A DNA stretch of 64,000 nucleotides, from contig QPMI01000648.1 in NCBI GenBank assembly GCA_004431415.1, positions 80,562-144,561 on the forward strand, given 5' to 3'. Shown here piece by piece: positions 1 through 12,357 of this stretch. The DNA is from Cyanophora paradoxa CCMP329 (Eukaryota; Plantae; Glaucophyta). Within the stretch, counting starts at the first letter, position 1; every line of letters starts with the position of its first letter. Position numbers and translations under genes: made by a program. The notes below the pieces were generated by a model. The model was not told the DNA's origin and ran no database searches. It was given only the letters and a program-made list of their open reading frames with translations.

Positions 1-1319
1 TCCTGCGCCGGGATTCGAACGCGGGCCGATCCGGGGCTCGATTACTCCGGCCGGGGGCGCACCCCGGCGAGGAGGCCCTGGGCGAGGGGGGAGAACTGGA
101 CGGTGGGTATGCCGTGCTGCCGCACGAAGGGGAGCTGCCGCGGGCCGTCGGAAAAAGGGATGCGCGCGGATTCGAGCCCGCGCACGAGGAAGGTCTCGGC
201 GGAGCGCCAGAAGAGCGAGCGGGGTACGTAGAGGGCGTCGAGGGAGGTCCAGGATTGGGCGAGGGTCAGGTCGTTCAGGTCGTAGTTCGCCAGACCGATA
301 CCCCGGGCCAGGCCCCGGTCCCTGGGGGGTACGCGCGGCTCAGCGACGCGAGAAAGGGCCGGACTTTTCCGTACCCCCTCACCTGAGCGACGCGAGGGCC
401 TCCAGGGAGTCGCAGAGGGGCACTTCCTCGCTGCCGAAGCTGCCCGCCGGCGTCTGGATCTGCGACACGGCGCGGGCTCATTTCCGAGAAGCGAAGAGGG
501 CAGGAGGGGAAAGGGGCTGGGTACATAGTAGAGGTGGACGTGGTCCGTGTCTAGGTTCGCGGGGAGCGCTCGCACGCGCGGACGATCTCTTTCGGACTGC
601 GGTGCGGCGCGGGGCGGAGGTGAGGAAAGAAGAGCACGCCCCGCAGGCGGTCGGCGGGGGCCCGGGCGGCGGGCGGCGGGCCTGAGGTTCTTGCAGAAGA
701 CGCTCGTGGCGAGGAAGTAGCGGTCCCTGTGGATCCCGCGCAGAGACTCGGCCAGGAGGCGCTCGCTGCGGGCGCAGAGTGAGCGGCGGGCAGGGTAGGA
801 GTGGCGCGCGGGGCGCGCCTGTGGCCGTCGCCGTAGACCTCGCACGTGTCGAAGGCGTTCACGTTCGCTGCGGGGCGGGCGCGGCGCGTACGGGTCAGCC
901 GCTAGACGCATCATGGAAGCGCTGTGCGCGGCGGGCGGTCGGGGCGGCCCGCACCGTGCATGGCCGCCTTGATCGCTTGCCTGGAGTCGTCGTCCTCGAC
1001 CGGGCTGCCCCAGCTGCGCTTGCCCATCTTCCAGCAGCCGAGCCAGAGCGCTGGCACATCTAATCCATTCGCGCCGAAGGCCGCGCGCCCGTCCGCGGTA
1101 GCTTCGACCGTCGGTTCCGACGACTGGCCTGTCAGAAGCTTCGACTGGTCGTCCGCGGGCTGCTCGGCGGACGCAAAGGCCTCGAAGCCGATGCACCGAC
1201 GCAGTGCAGCATCGTGTGCAGGGCCGGCCGCATCCCGCAGCTGTCTCTCCGAGGCCCGCTTCGACCTGGCGGGCGGTTGGCCGCGGCCGCGGTAGGCGCG
1301 CGCGGGGCGGGGCGGCCAT
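1..1319 (-). CDS. Aldo/keto reductase-fold protein, copy A (multi-exon; 3' part runs off the window start)
   Basis: Exon translations GLDVPALWLGCWKMG, GVNAFDTCEVYGDGHS, ERLLAESLRG..RDRYFLATSV, LDTDHVHLYY, IGLANY, GIPTVQFSPLAQGLLAG are typical of AKRs. Near-identical to 6064-7307. The start codon is uncertain. Confidence 0.8.
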
Positions 1320-1529
1320 GGCGGAGGGGAAAGGCGGGCGTTTGCAGGCCGAGGGCGACGCGCGAGGACCGGATCTCGGAAGCGCAGATTTGAGCCTCAG
1401 AAAGTCGAGGGTGAGCCTCAGCGGTGCAGCTCGAGAAGATGCGCCATTAGCCGCCACGCGAGCCGCATGCGCGGTCAGAGACCTGAGCTCGAGCACCACG
1501 CGAGCCGCATGCGATGATGACGAAGGCAC

Positions 1530-1566
1530 TGGCAGCTGGCAGCTGGCAGCTGGCAGCTGGCAGCTG
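1530..1566. repeat. Tandem 7-mer (TGGCAGC)x5
   Basis: Directly visible. Confidence 0.9.
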
Positions 1567-1904
1567 CGGCTGGAGGGGTACCGGTACGGGCGACACCGAG
1601 CGCTGGAATCACGGCCGAGCGTGTACGAGTGCCGAGATCCCATTGAAGGTACCGCCCGAGACCTGTGATCGACGCATGCAGACGCCGACGCCCGACGCCC
1701 TTGACACCCTGCGATTGCCCGAGCACAGATCAGCGCTGGCAACGAGCTCGAGTACTGAAATCACTCCCAAAACGAGTTCACAAAGCAGAAGGCAGGTGCC
1801 GAGACTGCCGGCCGCGGGGGCGCGCCGCAAATTCAAATGTCAAGATCTAGATCTGCATATGCTGACGCCGACGGATGCCGTAGATTTTCGTGGAGCCTTC
1901 GGCA

Positions 1905-2008
1905 ATGTCGGGAATACGTGCGGAGAAACGCGCGCGCTTCGACGTCGACGATCTCGACGTCAAAGATCCATGGCCACCTTCCGGTAACAGCGCAGCAGCA
2001 GCAGCAGC

Positions 2009-2049
<41 letters not shown>

Positions 2050-4594
2050 TGCAAGCAACAGCGCATACAGCGGCGCCTGCAGGAGACCGAGAAGTATCAC
2101 TTGCAGCTGCGGGCGCGTTCGACACTTTGCCGGACGCGGTAATGGGCTCCATTTTCAAGACGCTGGGGCCGGAGGCGAGCTGGCGCCTGCGCGCCGTGTG
2201 CAGGCACGCATGCGCCGCATTGCCAGCGGCCGCGGCGCATGCATATGCATGCGCAGCTGCCGCCGCGACGCTAACGATGCGGAGGATCGCAGGCGCTGGC
2301 GGCGGGTAGTCCAGGAGACGGAGTGGGCCAGTGTCGAGCTGCGCATGAAGGGCGGGCAAGCCGACGAGTACAGCTGGAGGACTGCGAGCGGCCGGCAGAC
2401 CAAGCGGCGCAAGGACCCCGCAAGCGGCATGAAGCCGATCAGTTCTTATTTTCAGCTGAGCAAGCCCAAATCCAGCTGCAGCAGCAGCAGCAGCAGCTCG
2501 GAGCCGCGGTTTGATCGACCCCTCAGCGCCGAACTCGCTTACGTCGCCGTGTCAGCGCTCTTCAAGCAGAAGAAGCTTCAGCTCGGCGCCGGCGGCAGCT
2601 TCTCGCTCAGGGCCGAGCTGCCTCTAGGCGTAGCTTGGAAGCAAGGCCGCGATGCAGATGAAATCCAGCAGTGCCGCAAGCTTGCAGTCGGCGCGGCGTG
2701 CAAGCTGCTCAGCCACTGCGTCCCCGCGCAGCCGCGGGAGGTCAGCATCGAGTTTCTCGGAGGCGGGGTCCCTGTGAAGGATCCGGAGTACGAGGAGATG
2801 GCGCAAAGCCTAGACCTGGCGAAGCGACCTCGAGACGACGCTGAAGTCTGCAGCTTGAGCTTGAACATCATTCGCGAGTCCTCGCTCGGAGTGCTGGGGG
2901 CGCTGCGGCCGCCGGGGGGGGCGGCCAGCGCTCTGGAGCGCCTCAGCATCGGCATTACCGGCTGGCAGGTCTACGAGCAGTTCAGCTCCAGCTGGTCGCT
3001 CGACCCGCGATCGGTGCCGTGGCCAGAACCTGCTGAGCTGCGGGCCGCCCTCGCTCCCTTCCAGCGTCTCCAGTTCCTCACGCTGACCTTCCCGTGGGCC
3101 ATCGGCATCGGCCCAGAGGTCGCAGTGGCCATCGTTTCCGGCTGCCCCCTCCTTCGCTCCGCCAACGTCCAGGTGAGCAAGGAGTCGTCGGCGGCAGCTG
3201 TGGCAGCTTTCGCGCCCCTGGCGCAACTGGAGGAGCTCGCCGTGCGATGCGCGACCTTCAGGGACGTCGCCAGCGGCCTCGAGGCGCTGGCTGGCGGCGC
3301 CGCGGGCAAGAGCCTCAAAAGCATCGCGTTCATGAACGTTTTTGATCATGAGCTGTTCTCGTGCGTTTCTCGCTCTGCCAAGTTGTATTCTTTAAAATTT
3401 CGACTTTTCTTTCAACTTCTACGTATACGTACTGACGAAGAACGCGCCAAGGCGAATGCATCATCGCCCGGGCTTCAGCTTCGAGCTCTCTGACGCGGCT
3501 CTGCGCGCCATCGGCCGCATGCCGAAACTGGAGTGCTTTCAGCCCCTGAAGGTGCGCATGTGCATGCGCACTAGTCTTGCTCGTGATCATCACCCTAATC
3601 GCGCTGCTCGCGATCCTCTCTTGTCGCAGTTTTGCGACTACTCGGACGGCGTCACACCTGCCGGCGTCCTCACCCTCGGGCGCGCCGCGAGCCTGCGGAA
3701 GGTCCAGGGGGCCTCCTGCCCCTCGGACTCCACGGAGCTCGTGCACGCCCTGGCGGGGGCCCTCTCCGACCTGCCCCGCCTGGAGAGCCTCGAACTCCAG
3801 CTGTACCCGAGCAGATCGCGCTCCCGTGAGCACGTGCACGGCTCCCAGACGCACGCGTCCGGCGCTCACTGCTCGGCGCCGCGCAGGCGTCGACATCGCC
3901 GCTCTCGCCGCCTTGCTCAAGAGCGAGGGCGCGCGACGCGCCCTCGTGGACCTGGATCTCACCCTCTTCTGCGCCGCCCGCGAGGACTTGGCCCCGCTGC
4001 GCGGTCTCGCCCAGGCGCTCACGGGCCTGCCCCGTCTGCAGAGGCTCAAGCTGTGCTTGACAGGTGCACCGCGCATTCGCCGGGATCGATATCGCCGGGC
4101 ACTGATCGCCGCGGCCGGGATTGCAGAACGCACCTATGACGGCTCCGCCCACCCCGTCTCCCTCCTCCGAGGCGAAGACGTCGCGGCCGTTCTTTCGGGT
4201 GCCGGCGTGCGACGCGCCCTCGCGGACCTCGAGCTGCACGTTGAGCGGCCACTGGAGGCGTCTGAGGTGCAGGCCATCGTTGCGCTGCCGGCCCTCCGGC
4301 GCCTGGACGTCCAAGCCAATTACCTCGCGATTCCGCCTCCCTACCTCCGCCGCCCCTTCGAGGTAGGTGCCCAGGCCTGCGGCCGGCGGCGACGTCGGCT
4401 CTACCGCCCCGGGGCTGGCCCTGACAGCCCTCCAGATCCTCCAGGGCCTCGGATCCGAGGTGGAGCTGCGGGTCGGCCTGCGGCTCGCCCCCGCCGCGCA
4501 CTACAACTCCTCCCGCATGTACGAGGCCTGGCAGCGCTCCGTGGCGGCCGTCCAGAGCCTCTTCGCGGGGCGCCCCCATGCCTCCATCAACTGA
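1905..4594 (+). CDS. F-box + RNI-like leucine-rich repeat protein with N-terminal polyA/polyQ (multi-exon)
   Basis: F-box-like FDTLPDAVMGSIFKTLG...WRLRAVCR; LRR-like segments LQFLTL, CPLLRS, LEELAV, LPRLESLEL, LPRLQRLKL, LPALRRLDV; short introns; TGA at 4592-4594. Confidence 0.75.
1993..2046 (+). repeat. CAG/GCA microsatellite encoding polyA-polyQ
   Basis: Directly visible. Confidence 0.9.
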
Positions 4595-5279
4595 TCCCGG
4601 CACCGGTCACGTTGCCGCCTGCCCTTCTCCTTCAACACGAACCGGCCTGCTGTCCGTCTCATCTTTCTCCGCCCAGCTATAGCCTCCCTTAACCTCCCAA
4701 CATTCTCGCGGTTGCTTCCTTCGCTCTTGCTCGTTTTTTTTTAACCTAGCCCCCATGATCATGCTGCGGCCTGCAGCACTAGTACTTCGAAATTCGATTT
4801 GCAGTGAATTCGATTTGCAGTGAGCGCGTCTCGGAATTCCAGCCTTACTGCGTGCATATGAGTCCGATGATAACACACATGTACAAAGCTAATAGCGAGG
4901 CCCGGGGTCCAGCGTTAACGTTGGCGCTGTCGCAATGCGCTAGTGCTTGAGCTGCAGGGCGCGGCTCTTGCGCTTGGGGAAGCGCCACGGCTCCTGCGCA
5001 CGCGCGGCCCTCGGATCAGATCAGATCAGATGAGAGCCCGCCGTGGGCGGGGCGCTCGCCTCGTCCTCTGGGTCCAGGTAGATGGTCACGCTGCGCCCCA
5101 GCCTGCAGGCGCGACACCGTCAGGGGCGGGGCGGGGCGGGGCGCGGCGGGGCGGAGGCCCCCGGGCGGGGGGCCTCTAGATCTAGATGGTTCTTGTGCCG
5201 GGGCGAGGGGCGAGGGGTGAGGGGCGGGGGTTGACGGGCGCTAGGCGATCCGAGGAGTTCGGTGCCGGTGAGATGGCCT

Positions 5280-7437
5280 TCAGTGAGGCGGGTTCGGCGA
5301 GGTCCTTCTTATGATGCTTAAGGCCAGTGGGGGGCCCGGGCGGGCCCGGGCGGGCGAGGCGTTAAGGCCCGCGGCCTGTGTACCCGGCCCATGGCCCGGG
5401 GGCGGGCGGGGAGGAGGGCGGGGCGGGCCGCACCGGTGCAGCTCCTCGAGGTCCCGCTCGTTCAGCTTCAGCTCCACCGCCGCTGCGGCGAGGGTGGGTG
5501 TTGGGGGGGGGGGGGGGGGGGGGGGGGGGTAGAGGCGCGGGGGTCCTCGCACCCGCGTTCTCGGTGACGTGGCGCGCGTTCGCCGAGCCGAAGACGGCGC
5601 GCGGCGGCTGGGGACGGCTCAGGTGAGGCGACCGAAAGGGGGGGGGGACTTTTGCGCTCACGTGAGGCAGGGTGGAGTCGCGCTGGTGCAGGAGCCACGC
5701 CAGCGCGAGCTGGAAGGGGGGTACGGAGTCGGGCGAGCGGGAAAGGCGGGAGGGGGGTACAGCGGGGCGCGGTGGACCTGAGCGATCGAGACCCCCATGT
5801 CGCCCGCCATCTCCTGGAGCCTGCGGGGTACAGGAATTGGGACGAGAGGGGCGCGGGGCCGGGGGGTATCGCGCACTGCGGGAGGGCCTTCTGGGCTCGC
5901 TCCCAGCTCTCCCTCTGCGGCGCCGGCGCGCGTCGGCGCCGGGGTCGAAGAGGGGTACCCCCCCGCGCGGGGCGGGCTTCGTTCGCGCACGTGGCGGAAG
6001 AGCTTGTTCCACTGGCGGATGTCGGGGTCCGTCGGCTCGTACTGGAACTCAGGGTCCCGGAACTCCTGCGCCGGGATTCGAACGCGGGACGATCGCGCGT
6101 TCGATTCCGGCCGGGGGCGCACCCCGGCGAGGAGGCCCTGGGCGAGGGGGGAGAACTGGACGGTGGGTATGCCGTGCTGCCGCGCGAAGGGGAGCTGCCG
6201 CGGGCCGTCGGAAAAAGGGATGCGCGCGGATTCGAGCCGCGCACGAGGAAGGTCTCGGCGGAGCGCCAGAAGAGCGAGCGGGGTACGTAGAGGGCGTCGA
6301 GGGGGGTCCAGGATTGGGCGAGGGTCAGGTCGTTCAGGTCGTAGTTCGCCAGACCGATACCCCGGGCTAGACCCCGGTCCCTGGGGGGTACGCGCGGCTC
6401 AGAAACGCGAGAAAGGACCGGAAACATCTGTACCCCTCTCACCTGAGGGACGCTAGGGCCTCCAGGGAGTCGCAGAGGGGTACTTCCTCGCTGCCGAAGC
6501 TGCCCGCCGGCGTCTGAATCTGCGGTCGGGCGCGAGCTCGACTCCGAGGAGCGAAGAGGGAAAGAGGGGGAGGGTGGGTACATAGTAGAGGTCGACGTGG
6601 TCCGTGTCTAGGTTCGCGAGGGAGCGTTCGCACGCGCGGACAATCTCCTTCGGCCTGCGGTGCGGTGCGGAGGTGAGAAAAGGAGAGGACGCCCCACAGG
6701 CGCGCGGGCGCGGGCGCGGGCGCGGGCGGCGGGCCTGAGGTTCTTGCAGAAGACGCTCGTGGCGAGGAAGTAGCGGTCCCTGTGGATCCCGCGCAGAGAC
6801 TCGGCCAGGAGGCGCTCGCTGCGGGCGCAGAGTGAGCGGCGGGCAGGGTAGGAGTGGCGCGCGGGGCGCGCCTGTGGCCGTCGCCGTAGACCTCGCACGT
6901 GTCGAAGGCGTTCACGTTCGCTGCGGGGCGGGCGCGGCGCGTGCGGGTCAGCCGCTAGACGCATCATGGAAGCGCTGTGCGCGGCGGGCGGTCGGGGCGG
7001 CCCGCACCGTGCATGGCCGCCTTGATCGCTTGCCTGGAGTCGTCGTCCTCGACCGGGCTGCCCCAGCTGCGCTTGCCCATCTTCCAGCAGCCGAGCCAGA
7101 GCGCTGGCACATCTAATCCATTCGCGCCGAAGGCCGCGCGCCCGTCCGCGGTAGCTTCGATCGTCGGTTCCGACGACTGGCCTGTCAGAAGCTTCGACTG
7201 GTCGTCCGTGGGCTGCTCGGCGGACGCAACGGCCTCGAAACCGACGCGCCGACGCAAGGCCGCATCGTGTGCAGGCCCATACGCATCCCGCAGCTGTCTC
7301 CGAGCCTTCGCGAAGTGCGCGGCGCCCACGGAGCCCGAGGCGTTGATCCGCGTCGCTGAACGGTTGCTCTCGCGCCCGGAATGACGAAGCGAGCGCTCTG
7401 GGGCCGCCGGGAGCGGCAGGCAGAACGCCGGCCTCAT
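5280..7437 (-). CDS. Aldo/keto reductase-fold protein, copy B (complete, multi-exon, possible N-terminal targeting peptide)
   Basis: Same AKR exons as copy A, plus C-terminal exons MGVSIAQV-LALAWLLHQ, AVFGSANARHVTENA, AAAVELKLNERDLEEL. ATG at 7437 (MRPAFCLPLP...), TGA at 5280-5282. Confidence 0.85.
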
Positions 7438-7504
7438 CGCCACTGTACCCCAATCCCGCGCGTCCCCCCATCAGTTCGCTTTCTGCCCGACTGTGCCGGC
7501 AAGA

Positions 7505-10500
7505 TGAACACGATCATGCCTCAGATGCAGGGCGCAGACGTGCAGCCCGTCAAGGTGAACAACCCGCCGCCCCCTCCGCGCGCTGCGCCTGATTTCCGCC
7601 GCAGCAGCCAACGAGCTCCCCCGAGGTGCGCGAGATGGACGCTGCGCGCGCTCTGAGCGAGCTTTGTTCCTCCCGGATCCCCTAGGCGCTCGGCGCACCG
7701 CGCGCTCGGTCGCGGCGCAGCGCGGCGCGGCGCCCCGGCGCACTTGACCTTTAGCGCCGGCGCGCGCTCGCTTCGTGTGGCGCCTTGACACGTTGGGCTC
7801 AGTTCGCTCCGCTTCAGGCCTGGCGCGCGGAGCAGGAGGACATTTTGTCGCGCGCCGCGAAAGTTCCTCTCCCGCCGACGCCCGCTCCAGCCTCGCAGGC
7901 CCTGGGGCCGGTGCGTGCCCGTACACGAGCCAGTCTTACCCACAGGGCGCCGGGAAACGCAGGGCGCCGCAGATGGAGCAGCTCGCGGCGACGTCCTTTG
8001 AGACCCGCGGCGAGGACGTGAACGTCGGCTCCGCGGCCGGCGCCTTCGAGAATCGCGAGGCGGGCTTCTTGGAGCCGCTGGAGATCGAGATCCCGTACGG
8101 CCGCCCCGTCAAGTTCGTCTTCAAGGGCCCGGAGTGGGCGGGCGGCGGCGGCGCGGCGCAGGCCAACTGGTCGTTCAACGCGCCGGCCGAGGCCCGCTTC
8201 AAGGCGCCGACGGAGGTTCACTTCGACGTGCGTACGGGCCGAGCGCGGGGCAGCGCCGGCGCCGATCCGGGCATAAAAGGGAACCCTTCCCCCGCAGCGC
8301 GGCGAGAAAATTTTCTGCCCTATGATCTCTAACACCCCGGTTAGCATCGCTCCGCGCGCTTCCATGCCGTTTCTGATCCGGTCCGCACAGGAGACACTCA
8401 CTGAGCAGCACGTGCCGTCTTCGTTCGCTCCGTTCGAGGTTCGCCCGATGATCCGCACGCGCCCAGGCAGCTCGCCCCGGCACGTGCGCTTACGCGTCCA
8501 GGTCCCGCCGGCCCAGGAGCGGGAGCAGATCACCGAGCGCGAGTCGTTCGCGGAGAAGAAAGAGGTTCGACAGCGCGCCCCTTCGATCGAAAGTCTCTCG
8601 CCCATGCTGAGCTCTCATCGCAGACGTCGACCGTCGGCGAGTACGCGGCGACCGCCGCCGGATACGCCGCGCAGAAGGCCTCGGAGGCGAGCCCGCGGCC
8701 GCCGGATCAAATCTTTTGAATTTCCATCTGATCCGTTCCCCGGCAGGCCGGCCACTGGGCGGCTGAGAAGGCGTCGTACGCGGGCCACGTCGCGTTGGAG
8801 ACCGCCGCCGAGGGCGCTGGCTACGTGCGCGCGCGCGCTCCATCCGAATTCGATCCGAATTTGACCCGAATTTGATCCGCGGGCTCAGGCGGCGGGCAAG
8901 GCGAAGGAGGCGCTCATCTCTGCGGAGGAGCTCGCCGCGCGCAAGGCATCCGAAGTCCGTTTCTTTCCCTCTTTTCCTCTCCTCCTTTCGTTCCTTTCTG
9001 ACTTTTTCTTCTTCTTCGTGCGCAGGCGGCACACGCGGCGAAGGAGGCTCTGTACGCGGCGCCGGGGTACATCTCGGAGAAGGCATACCAGGCGCGCCCC
9101 GCTCCGCCTCGCCCGGCCAGCTCGCCGCCGCCTTCCTGTGCTGATCGGGCTCCCGATCGCGAGCAGGCGAAGGAGGCCCTGACGCCCGCCGCAACCCAGG
9201 CCTGCCCGCCCGCCCGCCCGCCCCGTCCCCTCCCCGCCCTTGCCTGATGTGTTCTTATCCTAATCCCCCCGCAGGCCGCTGAGAAGACCAAGGAGGTCGC
9301 CGGCCAGGTGCCCCGCTTCGAATTTGAGTTCCGAGTTCTAGTTTGCTGTACCCCGACTTATCCCCCTTGCAGGCCGCGGAGGCGACGAAGGAGGTGGCGG
9401 GGCAGGCGAGCAAATCCCGTACCCCCCGCGAGCGCCCCGGCCGACCCCACTCGCCCGCGTCCGCGCAGGCCGCTCAGAAGACGAAGGAGGCCGCGTCGGG
9501 GGCCTGGGAGACCGCCGGCCAGGCGCGCCCGTACCCCCCTCGTCTACTATCACGTACCCCGCCCGCCTGACTCCCCCTTCCCCCAAGGCCGCCCAGAAGA
9601 CGAAGGAGACTGCCGCCGGGGCTGCCTCAGTCGCCTACGACAAGACCGCCCAGGCGCGCGCGCGCGCGTACCCCGCCCTCGTCAGAATTCGTGTAAGCCT
9701 GAGCGTTCGTGTACCCCCCAGGCGGCGCAGGCGACGAAGGAGGGCGTCACGGGCGCAGCGTCCACCGCCTACAACAAGACCGCCGAGGCGCCCCGCCCGC
9801 CCCGTCCCGGCCCCGGCCCGCCCTAGGACCCTTCGAGGCCAGGACCTCTCGCCCCCTTGCCTTCGAGCCCTGTCTTTGCCTCGGCCCTGGCATGGTCTAG
9901 AACCCTTCGCAGCTAGCAGCTCGCGCAGTCCTCTTCTCGCCTTGCCTGAGCCTGGCGCGCGCAGACGGCGCAGTACGCGAAGGAGAAGGTGACGGGGACG
10001 GCGGCCAAGGCCGGCGGCGAGGCCAAGGAGGCCGCCTACGAGGCCGCCCCCCCCGCCCCCTCCGCCCCCGCCCCCGCAGAGGTGCCAGCCGGCCGCCCCG
10101 CCGCTGCGCACCGTCGCCCGCGCCGGCCTCACTGAGCCACGCGCTCGCGAACGCCTCAGCGGGAGTCGTTCGTGGTGGAGGAGCGCGCCCCGATCGTGCG
10201 TCAAGCCGCGCGCTCCTTCCCGGGAGCTCGAGCTAACGCTGGTCCCGGCCGCAGTTCGAGCCAGCGCCGGCGCCCTTCGCGGCCCAGGTGGGCCCTCCCC
10301 CTCGCCCTCCCCTCGAGCTCGAGCTCCTTTTCCCCCCGCTATCCTCCGACCGCACCCGCAGGTCCCCGTCGCGGTGGGCGCCCCCGGCCCCTTTCCCTCC
10401 GAAGTTGCGGCCGCCGCTGACGAGGCAAGCGTCGTGAAGGCGCCCGTCGAGACTTTCCAGGCCCGTGCACGCGACGCATCCTTTTTCAGAACCAACGCAT

Positions 10501-10676
10501 CTGTAAGCTTTTCCTAAGACTCTGCTTCGCGAGCGCAGGCGGCGCCGGGGGTGCAGCAGCGGGGCCCCAAGATCTCCTACACGTCCCGCGCCCGCCAGAT
10601 GGCCCGCCCCGCCCCTTTCTGCCCTGCCCGTCCCGGCTCACGCTACCCCCGCGCCGCGCAGAAGCACGAGTTCTGA
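7505..10676 (+). CDS. LEA group 3-like 11-mer repeat protein built from micro-exons
   Basis: Exons AKEALTPAATQ, AAEKTKEVAGQ, AAEATKEVAGQ, AAQKTKETAAGAASVAYDKTAQ, AAQATKEGVTGAASTAYNKTAE, TAQYAKEKVTG. Start and stop positions are tentative. Confidence 0.6.
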
Positions 10677-11023
10677 GGATCTCGTACCCCGGCCCCCGCC
10701 CCCCGCGCGCGCCCCCGCGCGCGCGCCTGTAAATTTCGGACGTCCACAAATTAAATCAGAAGGTGCAAGCTTGAACAGCACATAGGCCGCGATTGCGAGG
10801 CGGTCCGGTCCAGCCGCAGGGGCCGGTCCAGGATCCGGGGCATCGATATCGATATCCGGGTACAGCTAAGTTGAGCCGCCCGGGTACACCATCACCTCCC
10901 ATCAGCTTGCAGGCAAGCAGAAGCACAGCTAGCTGTATAGCGCTAGGAGAGCACATTCGGATCCTTTCCTTGCACACCGACCCTCGAGCTCGCCACGTGC
11001 GCGTGGCCGGACAGGGGCCGCCG

Positions 11024-11600
11024 ATGACCGCGGGCGATGTCGAGATCCACGTCCTGGGCGCGGAGCACGAGCGCGAGGCGGCGCTCCTGTGCTCCGAGGC
11101 CCTCGTAGGTGCGCGGCCGCGCATGTGCACCTCGCGCACGCCCTTCGGGCGCCCGGCTTTCGTATGACGCGCGCGCGCGTACGCCCTGACGTCAGGCCCC
11201 GACGCTTGGCCGCACATGGACGCGGAGCGCGCTGGTCTGCTCGAGCCTCGCACGCCCGAAGAGCTGTACAGCTCTTGGATCAAAGGCACGCATGGCGCGC
11301 GCGCGCGCGCGCGCCGCCATTCGAGCTCGAGCTCGCCTCGGCCGCGGAGTTCTGCAGCTGACGGCGCGGTACAGGACTGGCGGGGCAGGCGGTGCGGTCG
11401 CGGACGTCGGTCGTCGCGGTGGACGGCGGCCGCGTCGTCGCCGCGGCCCTCAACGAGGACTACGGCGGCCTGGGACACGTCCCCGCAGTTAGCGCTGCGG
11501 CGCCGAAGCCTGGGTGCACACCAGTAGTCCTAGGCCTGCGACCGGCCCGCGTCTGAAGTCGACGAGCTCGCAGGCATGCGCAGAAGCTGTCGGATTTCTA
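11024..11600 (+). CDS. Small multi-exon gene or fragment, possibly GNAT-like acetyltransferase
   Basis: MTAGDVEIHVLGAEHEREAALLCSEAL and a later VAVDGGRVVAAALNED segment. The end is not resolved. Confidence 0.3.
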
Positions 11601-12357
11601 CTGCTTCGAACTGTTGAGGGAGCTGCCGTCCCACTACGCACAAGCGAGCCGCTTCACCGACACTCGAACGCTGCACGTACGTGCGCGCGCGCGGACCTCG
11701 CGCCAGGCTCGCAAGTTGAAGCTTAAGCGGGACGGCAGATCGCCGCTGTCGCCGTGGCGCCCTCGCACGGCGGCCGCGGCATCGCCTCGCGCCTCGTCGC
11801 GAGGTCGGAGGAGATCGCGCGGGCCGCCGGGTCTGCCCCCGCCCGGGCCTAGGCCTCGTCCTCCCTGGGCCGCCGCGGTTCGAAGTCCGTAAATGACTCG
11901 AGTAACCGGCGCAGGTACAAGCTCGCTGTCGCGGAGGCTGCGAACCCTCGATCGCAGAGCGTCTTCCGGAAGGAGGGGTACCGGGTGCTTACAATACATC
12001 CGCGACGCGTACCCCTCCAGATCTAATCGCGAGCGCCGTCGCAGGTGGAGGCGGCGACGCGCTACGCGGACTGGACGTGCCCCCATGGCCACGCCGGCGG
12101 GGCGCGGCCCTACTCGAGTACCCCTCCCTCCCTCTCGTGCGCCCTCGTGGTCAAAGATCTAGAGCTGTAGCAGAGCCGCCGTCGACATCGGCGAGGGGGA
12201 GGGGCGGGGCGCTGGCTGGGGCCGGGGGTCCTAGAGGGGGCCCAGCTCACTCACCGCCCCCCACGCACGCCCCCGCGCACCCGCGCCGCTGCACAGCTCG
12301 AACGACGTCCATAAATTAAGGCGCACGCAAGAAAGCTTGAACAGCGCACAGGGACCG

